Positions 39,776 through 52,385 of a stretch of 60,000 nt of DNA are shown piece after piece. A program made the translations under genes and the position numbers. The stretch's first letter is position 1. Each line of letters starts with the position of its first letter. The notes beneath the pieces were generated by a model. The model was not told the origin of the DNA and ran no database searches. It saw only the letters and a list, made by a program, of their open reading frames with translations. The DNA is from Felis catus (taxonomy: Eukaryota), in the NCBI RefSeq assembly GCF_018350175.1, contig NC_058368.1, forward strand, positions 169,014,001 to 169,074,000, in the 5' to 3' direction.

Positions 39776-40974
39776 ATTTCACTTCCTCTTCCATATAAAT
39801 ATGCTCTAAGTAGAAGAAAAGGAAGGAGAGATTTCCATGGTAACTGGCCTCCTAGGGATGTAACTGTGCATAAAAAATTATTAGCTTTCAGTTTCTCTGT
39901 AATTAAGCTTATGAGTTCTGATGATAATGGGTGTGTGTTGCTTATAGTCCAATCACTGCTCCCTCTATTTGGAAATCAAAACTGAAATGTAATTCAAGTC
40001 CCATTTCTCTGTGTGGACTGGCGGTTTGCCAGGTTTTCTGTTGTTTCATAACAGGATTTGTTTGGACATAACAAAAGGATTTAGGGGAGAAAGGTGGCTG
40101 AGAGGGATGTTTGGAAAGAGAAGCTGCCATAGCACAGCACTCGCAGGCGTGCGTCTTTGCCGGGCTCGGGCACGGGGCTGAGCGGGTCACCGCACCAAGA
40201 CGCCGGACTTCGATTTACCCTTCCGTCAGCAAATCAGTCACCTTTCTAAAACGGCATGCTGTTAATTTGCACAGGTTTCCCTGCATTAAGCCAAGTCCTC
40301 TCCTCATCCCTGATCTTGGATGAGAAGAGTCGACCACCTCCCTTTCAAAATCACGTGTTTACCGTTTGTGGGACAGCCCCCAAGCTCCTTAGGATGGGCA
40401 AATCCAATCTATACAGATCTTCTCTACCTCCCTGCCTCTGCGGTGCTCTGTCCAGAACCTTGTGTTTCTGGGCCCTTAGTGAATTCCTGTTCACGGCAGC
40501 TATTAATTGTCAGTCTGGGACCGCATCCCCATCTCTGGTAGGTTTGATTTCTGACACAGCATCTGAGACAACCTGTGCTTTTACTGACTTCAATTAATTA
40601 AGACCAGCTGCATCCATCACCAAGGAAGGCTGGCTATCTGACTGCAATGCCGTTCCCCAGGGGGGATGAACAGCATCTCTAAAATCCCCTGCAGTTCTCA
40701 TGGTATTTAAAGTACCACATTTCACTCTCTATCCTCCTCTAGCTAGTGATTTCTTCAGGCAGATGGTGATGACGCTGCTTATAAAAAAGCATACATGTAA
40801 GAACTAGTTTCTATTAAAAGCATCAGTAGTTGCTCCTTCCATTAAAAGCTGAGTCCAAATGAAGTGCTTTTTAAGCTCTTCAAATCTGTTACAACTGGCC
40901 TGACCAGTACACTTAGGCCAAACTCTTGTGATCACAGCTGAGTAAGTCTGTTGGCACTTCTTCCAAAGGCGTCT

Positions 40975-41135
40975 GGTGTTGAAACAGGCACCAGGCTGGG
41001 AGCTAGGAAACCCACGTTCTCATCCCTGGTTGCACTCTCACTAGTTTGTAAACTTGAACAAACCATTTCACACTCTAAGCCACAGTTTCCTCATCTGTAA
41101 AATGAGGTTGGACTAAATAATTACCTAATATTCAA
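40975..41135 (+). mobile_element. MIR relic
   Basis: Core ctctaagccacagtttcctcatctgtaaaatgagg. Confidence 0.8.
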
Positions 41136-41185
41136 CTTTTTCTTTTCTTTCCCCTACTGCCCCCGTTTCCCTCTCCCCCCACCTT

Positions 41186-41187
<2 letters not shown>

Positions 41188-41230
<43 letters not shown>
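41188..41230. repeat. Poly-T run of about 43 nt in a pyrimidine-rich tract
   Basis: Seen directly. Confidence 0.95.
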
Positions 41231-41233
<3 letters not shown>

Positions 41234-43219
41234 TCCCATCAGCTACTCTGTCTTCCTAAAAGGTTCTGATTTCCAACAGAGGAATTTCCTTTTCAGTATT
41301 TGGTGTGATCTTGATGGTGGCCTCCCACTACAGAAGCCAAAGGATCCACATTTGGCCAATTAGATCTTTTCTCCCAGGCCTGAGTCCTAAAGGAAGGAAC
41401 AGCTGGAGGGTATTCTTCCTAGGAGAGTGTTGCTGTGACCCCTGCTTCCTGGCCAGACAGAGCACCCTTGGTTTCTCTGCATTCCCCAGTCTTATTCTCC
41501 AGCCTGTCATTGACCTTGGAGGCTTCCTATGGCCTTCCAGCAAATTCCCTTCTACCTACGTTACCCATAGTCCAGATCTGTTGCCTGTAGCCAAGGATCC
41601 TGACACAACAATCTCTAAGGTAAGACCCCTTCCAACTTTGAGATTCTGTGATCTCCCAAGTCTTCTCAGGGGCATTTTGGAGTCCTTGAACACCAGCACT
41701 ATTTAGGATGGGTTCTGTTCCTTTGCTTATCATGGTGTAGTCGTCAGAATTCAAGAGTGATGAGACAAAGGAAAACTCTCTAAAGGTTTAGTCATCTAAT
41801 GTGCTAGTGATTATCCAAACCAAGTCTTTTAATGTTCCCTTAGCTCTGGACCTAGGTAATTCCAAATTATAAATGTTTCTTTTGCAGTCTCCCTATGGTG
41901 ACCATAGCACCATAGGCTAGTTAAATGATAAGGTCAATGGACTAGAACATTGTGAGAGGCTAATTGATCTATCACAGTAATATAAATGCCAAGAATTAAT
42001 AGAAAAATAAATGTCACAGGGAGCTGAGGTACTGACTATCTTAGAAGCTATTCTCTTCTGGCCTCCACATCGCACCTTTCAGTAGGGTTTGGTCTTATTG
42101 CATTTTCAGAAAGGTCTTTCTCTTTGCTGCAAAACACACATGCACACAGCCCAAATGTTTCCTTCTAGACCTGGATAAAAGCCAACAAATAGGTTAAGCT
42201 TGTTGGGTTTTCATCCCAAGCTAATTTTCCAAGCAGCCCCCGATGACCATCCTTCTGCTTGCAAGCCTCCTCTTGCCCCCCACCCCCAGCCAAATGTCAA
42301 GGAATGATCGTGACATGGTATCGTAGCACAGTATGACTCTAAGGGAACACTTACGATGCCTTGCCTTATGAAAGGGAATGAGTAGGAAGTGGGAAGGTTT
42401 GCTCACTACTGTTCCATCAGGCTCACAGTGTTACAGACTTAGAGCAGTGAAGCCCCTGGCACAGCCAGCCCCACACCCAGAAACTGCACACTTTGGTAGT
42501 CTTCCACGGGATACCAGAGATGGGAACATCTTATCTGTTATGGTTGAACTATTGCTTTTCATCTCAATCAAGTAAGAAGACCAGCAGCTATCTGCCCCGG
42601 TCAGTTTAATCACGTTGTTGTTGTTGTTGTTGTTATCAGTGCATCAAACTAAAGCCAGCCTCTCCTCTACTTAGCCCTGATGCATACAGAAACTTACAAA
42701 TGGGAGACCAGCAGACTTACAGTACTATCCCTCCTTCAGTTTCTTGTTTCCTTTCATTCTTTCTCCTCTTCTCCCTCATACGTACCCTTTCTCATTGTTT
42801 GAAATGAGTCCTATATCAATATTACCTCACATATCTTTACCCAAAAACAGATGACCCGTGAATATTATCATTGGTGTATTTTAAATGTGTATTCCTCAAT
42901 ACTATTTTGGGAAGGCCAGAAATCATCTACAAGATTAAATATAAGGTAAAAGAAAAAAATTACAAATAAAAACAATTCAATTATAAAGAGCAGAGAAAGG
43001 AAGCCAAGTATCTGAAATTCATTAATAATAGCAATTAGGCAATAAATTTCACTGAATTTCCTGACACCCAATGGAAAAAAAAAGGAAATAAAAGGGAGTG
43101 CTTTATATTATAAAATAAAAAGTGTTGAAGATTCGCAAGCTAAGCATTCAACTTAATTGTTTAGAAAAAATGTGATTTTTAGAACTTTGTTTTCTAAGAT
43201 GGAACATAAAAGTCATGAC

Positions 43220-43681
43220 GCCTATTCTCAACTAGAAAAAATTTTGTCCCCCAGCAGACATTTGACAATGTCTGCAGACATTTTTCGTTGTTACAACTGG
43301 TAGGTGCCACTGGCATCTAGCAGGTGGAAGCCGGGTGGCTGCTACACACCCTACAGTGCACAGGACACCCCCACAGTCAAGAAACACCTGCCCCAGGCAC
43401 TCTGGAGAACAGTATGCAGGCTCTTCAAAACATTAAAAATAGAACTATGGCCCAGCAATTGCACTCCTAGGTATTAACCCAAAGGATACAAAAATACAGA
43501 TTTGAAGGAATACCTGTACCCCAATGTTTATAGCAGCACCATCAACAATAGAGAAACTATGGAAAGAACCCAGATGTTCATCAACTAATGAATGGATAAA
43601 GAAGATGTGGTGTGTGTATGTGTATGTGTATGTATATGTGTGTGTGTGTGTATACACATATATATAGGAGCATATATATAT

Positions 43682-43740
<59 letters not shown>

Positions 43741-44190
43741 ATGGTGTATTACTCAGCCATCAAAAAGAATCAAATCTTGCGATTTCCCACAACATGGATA
43801 GAGCTAGAGTGTATTATGCTAAGCAAAATAAGTCAGAGAAAGACTAATGCCATATGATTTCACTCATATTTAGAATTTAAGAAACAAAAAAGATGAACAC
43901 ATGTAAAGGGAAAAAAAGACGGGGGGAAGCAAACCATAAGACTCTTAACAATAGAGAACAAATTGAGGGTTGATGGAGGGAGGTGAGTAGAAATAAATGG
44001 GTGATGGGTATTAATGAGGGCACTTATTATGATGTGCACTGGGTATTACATGTAAGTGATGAATCACTAAATTCTACTCCTGAAACCAACACTATACTGT
44101 ACAGTAATAAGAATTTAAATAATAATTTGGAAAAAAGAAAAGAACTGCCTAACCCAAAATGTCAATACTGCCATGGGTAAGAAACCCTGA
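43220..44190 (+). mobile_element. MER20 hAT relic split by an L1 insertion (parts ~43220-43395 and ~44140-44190)
   Basis: gacatttgacaatgtctgcagacattttt..actggcatctag..ctacagtgcacaggaca, resuming cccaaaatgtcaatactgcc..agaaaccctg. Confidence 0.8.
43396..44139 (+). mobile_element. 5'-truncated carnivore L1 3' end with internal (TG)/(TA)/(CA) microsatellite
   Basis: MVYYSAIKKNQILRFPTTWIELE motif, carnivore-type 3' UTR (gatgaatcactaaattctactcctgaaacc), A-rich tail. Confidence 0.9.
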
Positions 44191-45106
44191 GTTACGTGGT
44201 TTGTCTGAATTTCCAGCCAGGAGCAGTGGAAGCCTTTAACTGGACAACTTTAAAAACAAAAACAAAAACAAAAACTGAAGACAAAAAAAAATGCTTTTAA
44301 TTTATTTCCTTAAGCTGAGATGTTTGACATACTACTGCTTACACAGAAAAAAGTCTAGAGGATCAACAAAGCCAAGAGTTGCATCTTTGAAACCATCTCT
44401 GATGAGATTTACCAAGAAAAGAAGAATAAACTTCATAGAAATGAAAAAGTAAATATAAATAACCTTTGAAACAGAAGGGCCTATAAAGGTAAATATTATG
44501 AACTTTATGCTAATAAATTTGAAAACACTATTAAACCAAAGTGAAAAACTCCTAGGAAAAATAAAAGTTGCCAGAGCTAACTCAAGAAATATTCAGAATA
44601 GGTGTAGAACAGCTAAAGAAATTAGGAGTTTAAAATCTTCCCACAGCATTTAACCCAATGAATGAAGAGTTATTTCATGCATAAACTTGCGCACAAATGT
44701 TCATAGTAGTTTTTTTTTCACTACTTAAAGCTGGAGGAGTTTAATAATAATACCCTTTAACATGGTTCAAACCACTATAAACCGATTCACGGATGAAGTT
44801 CCTAGGCTTAGGAGAGAGAGCATAGCATAGCAGTATGTTAGAAAGATAAACTATTATGTTTTAAACAATTTTCTTTGAGCCCTCAAGATCAAAGAAGCAT
44901 TCAAAAAAATTTTAACCATGTGCTGTTTACTTGACAGCAGCCTTTTTCTGAACAGCCAAATACAGGAAACTACTCAAACGTTCTTCAGTTGGTGAACTGT
45001 TAAGGAAACTGTGGTGCATCCCTACCATGAAGAACTACTCAACAATAAAAAGTAAACTCTTGATACACATGACTTGAATGAACCTCAAGAAAATTATGCT
45101 GAGTGA

Positions 45107-45295
45107 GGGGTGCCTAGGTGGTTCAGTCAGTTAAAGGTTAAGCACTGGACTCTTGATTTTGGCTCAGGTCATGATCTCACAGTTTCTAAGTTTGAGCCCC
45201 GTGTTAGGCTCCGCACTATCAGCGTGGAGCTTGCTTGGGATTCTCTCTCTCCCCCTTTCTCTGCCCCTCCCATGGCACTTGCACACACATGAGCG

Positions 45296-45327
<32 letters not shown>

Positions 45328-45342
45328 AATACACATTAAAAA
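45107..45342 (+). mobile_element. CAN-SINE
   Basis: TSD aagaaaattatg(c/g)tgagt. Confidence 0.92.
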
Positions 45343-45391
45343 AAGAAAATTATGGTGAGTATAAAAAGCCAACCTCAAAAGGATACAAACT

Positions 45392-45616
45392 GGGGGCGCC
45401 TGGGTGGCTCAGTCGGTTGAGCGACCGACTTGGGCTCAGGTCATGATCTCGCGGTCCGTGAGTTCGAGCCCCGCGTCGGGCTCTGTGCTGACAGCTCAGA
45501 GCCTGGAGCCTGTTTCGGATTCTGTGTCTCCCTCTCTCTGACCCTCCCCCATTCATGATCTGTCTCTCTCTCTCTCTCTCTCAAAAATAAATAAACGTTA
45601 AAAAAAATTTTTAAAA
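45392..45616 (+). mobile_element. Young CAN-SINE (SINEC_Fc-like)
   Basis: CpG-rich body. TSD aaaaggatacaaac. Confidence 0.96.
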
Positions 45617-46510
45617 AAAAGGATACAAACGGCATGATTTTATTTGTGTAACATCTGGTAAATAACAGAGATGGAGTATAGGTTTGTGATTCTAAGAGGT
45701 AGGGATCAAGAGAGAGGATGGGTGTGGCTATAAAGGAGTAACAGAAGGGATTCTTGTGGGGATAGTATCAATGACTATCAAAATTATAGTGGCAGTTACA
45801 CCCATGATAAAACTGCATAGAGCTACACACACACAAACACATGAATGAGTACATAGATAACTTAGTGAAATCCGGATAAACCCTATGGATTGTACCAATG
45901 TAAGTATCTTGTGGGAGACAAGGGTAAACACACACAGGGGTTCCCTACATTTCTGTGAAAGCTCTGTAAATCTATAATTATTTAAGAGTAAAAAGTTTAA
46001 AAAATGTAAGAAGATAAAAGATATGAATATAAGATAAAATATAAGAAGATAAAAATCTTCTCACAAAGTCAATGCCAGGCCTAGAGGTATATGTTTTAGA
46101 AGTCATCCAATATGCTTTCAAGAAACAGATAATTTCCTCTTACAAACTCTTCCAGAGAAGAAAAAAACAAAAACAAAGAAGACCCCCAATCCATTTCATG
46201 AATACCAGTTTGAAAACAAAGAGCAAGAAAAGTACGAGAACATTACATGTCAGTCTTCACCAAGAATATGAATGAACCTCCTTCAAAGTAAAGGCAAACA
46301 CCCTAGCAATGAATAAAATATGTGAAATATCAATTTTGAATTAGATTTATTCTAAAAATGAAAGAATGGTTTAATTTTATAGATCTATTAATGTAAATTA
46401 TCACATTAACAGAGAAAATAGGAAAACACACAAAAAATTCTGCCAAGCAGTCAAAAAATCTTAGTAAACTGGGGAGAAAAATGTAACTTCTTTAAAATAA
46501 AGGAAACTAC

Positions 46511-46640
46511 AGGGCACCTGGATGGTTCAGTCAGTTAAACATCCTACTCTTGGTTTTGGCTCAGGTCATGATCTCCAGGTTTGTGGGTTCTAGCCCCACA
46601 TCAGGCTCCATGCTGGCAGTGTAGAGTCTGCTTGGGATTC

Positions 46641-46686
<46 letters not shown>

Positions 46687-46700
46687 CCTCCCCTGGTTGT
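46511..46700 (+). mobile_element. CAN-SINE lacking its tail, with expanded (CT)n
   Basis: Head and CT tract present, no A tail. Confidence 0.88.
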
Positions 46701-47873
46701 GCTATTATTCATAGATAATGTGCTTGTTTACATTTCAAACCCCCAAATACTAACAAATTATTTTAAGAGAATTTAGCTAAATCTCTGTAGATAAAAATCA
46801 ATATACAAAAAAAAAATCAATTACAATTCTTCATCATTCAAAAAATAAGAGTAAGAATATTTTTAACATATTAATTGCAATAGCAAAAAAAATATGTAAA
46901 GTACCCAGGAATAAACTAATGACAAATGTGCCAGCCCTCTATGCACATTAACCCCCTACTATTTCAAAACAGTAAAGAAGACCATTAAATAAATGGAGAA
47001 TTATATCTTTTCATGGCAAGGAACACAAAGTATTGTAAAAATATCAATTCTTTCTATTTATAAAAATTGCAATTCTTAATGTTCAATGGAGATCCTTTTA
47101 TAAATTAATAAGATAATTCTAAGTTTTTAAGAACAAAGGGTCAAGAATAGCCAAGACATTCCTAAAGAAAAATCAACAGGTACAAGAGATGGACATAAGC
47201 CCTATTTGACAAGACTTTTCATAAAGCTATGGTATGGTATTATCAAAAAGAAACAAATAGAAAAATGTACCAAAATGGACTAGAAATAAACCCAAATGAT
47301 TGCAAAGGTGGTACTACAGATCTTGAGGGAAAGATGGACTACTCATTTTCTAGTGCAGGGAGATCAGGTTATCCATGAGGGGAAAAAATTATGTTAAATC
47401 CTTACTTCACACTCTCTATGTACTAAAAAAAAAATTCAAAGAGAATTAAAAACTTTGGTTGATGTAAAAAACAAAACATTAAAACTTTTAGAAGAAAATA
47501 TCAGAGATATCTTTACAACTTTGGAGCAGGGAAATCTTCTTAAGCAAGATACAAAAAGGAAAAGTTTCCAAAATTCAAAATATTAAAATTAGGAAATTCA
47601 TTTCAGCAAATGGCATAATAAAAAAGTGAAAAGACAAAACTGTAAAACAATATTTACAATACATATAACTGACAAAGAATTAATCAATAATATATAAAAG
47701 ACTCCTACAGATCAAAAAGAACAGACAATGCAAAAGAAAAATGGAACCCATTTCACAGAAAGGAAAGATGAATGATCTATAAACATGAAAAAACAAAACA
47801 CCTTAGCATCAGTAATTCAGGAAATGCAAACTGAAACTATCATTACATATAACTTTAAACCTACAAGGTTGGT

Positions 47874-48087
47874 GGGGCATCTGGGTGGCTCAGTCAATTA
47901 AGTGTCCAACTTTGGCTCAGGTCATGATCTCATGGTTTGTGAGTTCAAGCCCGGCATCAGGCTCTGTGCTGATAGCTCAGAGCCTGGAACCTGCTTCAGA
48001 TTCTCTGTCTCTCTCTCTCTCTGCCCCTCCCCGCTCACACCCTGTATCTCTGTCAAAAAATGAATAAGCATTAAAAAATTTTAAAAA
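47874..48087 (+). mobile_element. CAN-SINE
   Basis: TSD aaacctacaaggttgg. Confidence 0.95.
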
Positions 48088-49675
48088 AAACCTACAAGGT
48101 TGGCAAAATTTAAAGTTTGGATAATTCTAAGCATAGAGAAAGATGCAGAGTAAAGACTAATAGTCATGAGATGTACCAAATGACTCAGCAATTCCTTTCC
48201 TAGGTTTACATCTAGAGAAACATTTGCACAGATATACCAGGACACATTTAAAATAAAGTTTGTAATAGCACTACTTGTAGCAGAAAACATTGAAATGTCC
48301 ATCAACAGGAGACTGTATCTTATCAATAAGATGAATCCCAAAAATAAAATTTTGGAGGACTCTACTGCTTCAGATGTAGAAACCCACAAGAAAATGTGAC
48401 TCCCACTGTAAACTATGAGAAAAAAATTATCTATAAATTATCTATAAAATTATCCATTATCTATAAAATCATAAATTGTTTAGACCATGAGAGAGCTGAT
48501 GTCACAAGATACCCAAGTACAGTAAACTGCAAAAAATAAAAATAAATAAATAATAATAAAATAGGTCCTTTGTGGAGACCTGGGACACACACTGTTTCAC
48601 CTTTGGCAGAGCACAGAAAGAAGGAAGAGACATTGTAAAAGCTGTTAAACAGAAAACTGAAATAACAACAAATCTTAAAGGCAATATGTGAGATACTGTG
48701 ACAGTCTGAGAGCCCCAGTCACAAGCTGCATCTGCACCCACTTGCCGTCTCTTCTATGGGTGTCCACCACATGCTCATGAAGATGGGAAACCTGAGCGAG
48801 TCCTTCCAGGTGTCACAAGCATGATAAAACTGCCAAGATTTGAGACTGGAGCTAGAGTACTAGAGAAGCCCATCTATACAATCTTGGCTCAACAGGACAA
48901 GGTCATGACTGATAGCTACTAAGGGACAAACAAGGAACCTGTGCATGCCCTAGATATTAAACATGTTTATAACAAGAAACAAAAGCTGTCTGGCTTTGAG
49001 GCAGGAGACCCCTATGCCCTAAAACCTACACGAGATATAGAAGTGGTCTGTCATTGAGTTGGGGACAAGAATGATGTGAAAACCCCATCGCTACACTCAA
49101 TGGAACTGGAAAAACAAAATCATAAACTTCCTGGTATGCATCTAAAGCAATGTTTAGAGGAAAATTTATAGCATTCAAAGCTTTTACTGAAAAGGGAAGT
49201 TTTCAAAGTAATGATCTAAAGAGGTTGGAAAAAGAAGAGCAAATTGAATCTAAAATAAGCAGAGGGAAGGAAATAATAAAGAGCAGAACTCAAAAACAAA
49301 ACAAAAGGGAAAAATTAATGAAAGTAAATACTAACTTATTTAAATGATCAAAAGGGAAACAGGTGAACAAAAGGGAAAACAAAAGGGAAACAAAAGGGAA
49401 AACAGGTAAACAAAAGGGAAAAATTAATGAAAGTAAATACTAATTTATTTAAACGATCAATAAAATCAACAAAAGTCTGCCAGATGGATCAAAGGAAAAA
49501 AAGAAGATACAGATGAGCACTATCAGGAGTGAGATAAGGGTACAATACCACAAACTCTGTACACATTAAAGAAAAATAAGGAAATATTAATAAGTAATCA
49601 TTACCAACTTATTTAAATTCAACAAATTCCTTGAAAGACAAAAAATATGGAAACCTTAAAAAAATTTTTTTAAGA

Positions 49676-49935
49676 GGGGGGCACCTGGGTGGCTCAGTCT
49701 GTTAAGCACCCAATTTTGGCTCAGATTATGATCTCATGGTTCATGAGTTCGAGCCCTGCATCGGGCTCTGTGCTGACAGCTCAGAGCCTGGAGCCTGCTA
49801 CAGATTCTGTGTCTTCTTCTCTCTGCCCCTCCCCCACTCATGCTCTGTCTCATTCTCTCTCAAAAATTTTAAAAAAATGTAATTTTTAAAAAAATAAATA
49901 AAAATAGGAAAAATTATTTAAAAAATAAATAAAAA
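49676..49935 (+). mobile_element. CAN-SINE with long A/T tail
   Basis: Head, CT tract, extended A-rich tail. Confidence 0.92.
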
Positions 49936-51254
49936 AGAGGAAATAGATAACCTGAACAATATATTTCCTAAATAAAGTGAACTTGTAGCAAAACCTTGCT
50001 GCAAAGAAAACTGCAGACCCAGATGCCTTCACTAATGAATTCTACAAAACACTGATGGAAGAAATAACAACAATATAACACACTTTTCTAGAATGTAGAA
50101 ATGAGAAACTAATTCTCAACTCATTTTAGGGCCAGCATTATCTTAATACCAAAACCACACGAGGATATTTCAAGAAAACTTCAGATGAATATCACTCAAG
50201 AACATAGATACAAAATATTAGCAAATCACATCCAATGATATGTAAAAAGGATAATAAAGCATAAACAAATGGGTTTTATCTTAGGACTTCAGGGTTGGTT
50301 CAACAATCAAAACAAACAAAGCAATGAAACATGTCAACAAAGTAAAAAGGAAAATCCATATGCTCATCTCACTGGATGCATTTAACATTTAACAATTCAC
50401 TGTCTCTTGATAACAATTCTCAACACACTAGAATAAGGAGGTACTATCCTTAAGTGATAAAGGGCACCTATGAAAAAATTACAGCTATAATATTTAATGA
50501 TTAAAAAATGAATGTTTTTGCCCTAAGATAAGGAGTAAGTCAGGATATCCACTCTCAACAATTTTTATTCATTACTATCCTAGAGGTCATAGCCGGTAAA
50601 ATAATGCAAGAAAAAGAAATAAAAGTAATAATATCTGAGAAGAACAAAGTAAAATCATCTTTATTTGCAATAACATGATCCTCCACATGAAATACCCCCA
50701 GAAATTATAAAAGTTACTAGAACTCAGTGAGTTTAGCAAGGTCACAGGATAAAAGGTCAACATATAAAATCAGTCTGATTATATATTCTAGCAACAAACA
50801 AAAACTTGAAATCTCACAAAACCATCTATACTAGTATCAAAAAACACGAAATATGAGGGATAAATTTAACAAAAGTATGTAAGACCTGCACACTAAAAAT
50901 ACAAAGTTATTGGTGACAGAAATTAATGGGGAAGAGACCTCATGCTCCTGGACTGAATGACTCAACATTAAGGTATCAATTCTCCCCAGATAATATATAG
51001 ATTTGATGTAATTCCAAACAAAATTATAGCAGGCTACTTTTAAATAGTATTGAGTTGATTCTATAATTTATGAGTAAAAGAAATGGACCTAGAATAGCCA
51101 AAAATTTTGAAGAAAAAGAAAAAAAGAAAGAAGACTCACACTACCTAATTTAATATATAAAGCTACAGTAATCAAAACAGCATGGTATTTTCATAAAGAA
51201 AGACCTGCAAATCAATGGAATTAAACTGTGAATTCAAAATAGACTCACATAAAG

Positions 51255-51273
51255 TGTATATATATATATAGAT

Positions 51274-51320
<47 letters not shown>
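51255..51320. repeat. (TA)n(CA)n(TA)n microsatellite
   Basis: Seen directly. Confidence 0.95.
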
Positions 51321-51324
<4 letters not shown>

Positions 51325-52354
51325 CAACTGATTTTTGACAAATGATACCAGAATATCAAATATCTCTATGTGAAAATATGAACCTTTGCCATTACCTCTC
51401 ACCACCTAAAAATTAACTCTAAATGGATCATAGATCTATATATAAAAGATAAAATTATAAAAACTCTAATAGAAAATACAGGAAAAAAATTCTGTGGCCT
51501 TGAGCTAAAGAATTTTTCAAAAGAATACAAAAAGCACAAACCAGAATAGAAAAAAAATGATAAATTGGACTTTCTCAAGATTAGAAAATTTTGTTCTTTG
51601 AAATACACTCAATAAAATGAAAAGACAAGTAATAGACTGGGAGAAAATTAAAAATTAGAACAAGTATTTTACCAAAGAAACGTCACAACCAATAAACTCA
51701 TAAAAAGACGCTCGATGTTGTCACCAAGGAAATAAATATTAAAACCCTAAGGGGATGGTAATGTACAGCCAGCAGAATGGCTAAACGTGAACACTTCCAC
51801 CACTGGCAAGGATGATGAACAACTGAAAATGTCATATATTGCTGGCAGGGATACAAAATGGCATAGAAAACATTTTGGCCTTTTCTTATAAATTTAAACA
51901 CATACCTATCATATGACCCAGAAAATTTGCTTCTAGATACGTTCCCAATAGAAATGAAGCAAAAGACCACAAAAGAACCTGTTTGTAAATGTGGCATCCT
52001 GAGTGAAAAAAAGACTTTACATGGAAGGAGTGATGTCACCAATATGGTGACATAGATTGTTTCTGACTTCACTCCTCCTCACAAGAACAACAGCTAACAA
52101 CTATTCATGGACAAGACATCACTAAGAGAATCCTAGAAGAGCAAGGCTAAAGTTCTGGCTGCAACACAGAGACAAAGACAGACCGCACTAGGTATATAAG
52201 GAAAGCATTCGTTATATGACCCCAATGCCCCTCCCCCAGGCCAGCACAGTACCATCCAGAGAGGTCTCCCAGAACCTCTGGTTCAACCAGTAGGAAAAGA
52301 GAGCCTAGGGTGGACATCTAGCTCCCCCCAGCATTGTCAGTCATATTTTTTCTT

Positions 52355-52385
<31 letters not shown>

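Larger units (their letters stand above)
44350..52005 (+). mobile_element. Mosaic of old L1M-type fragments (mainly ORF2 and 3' UTR relics) with SINE insertions
   Basis: A-rich L1 motifs throughout, e.g. MFRGKFIAFKAF..LKRLEKEEQ at 49150, aggccagcattatcttaataccaaaacc, tttagcaaggtcacaggata. Internal boundaries not resolved. Confidence 0.8.
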
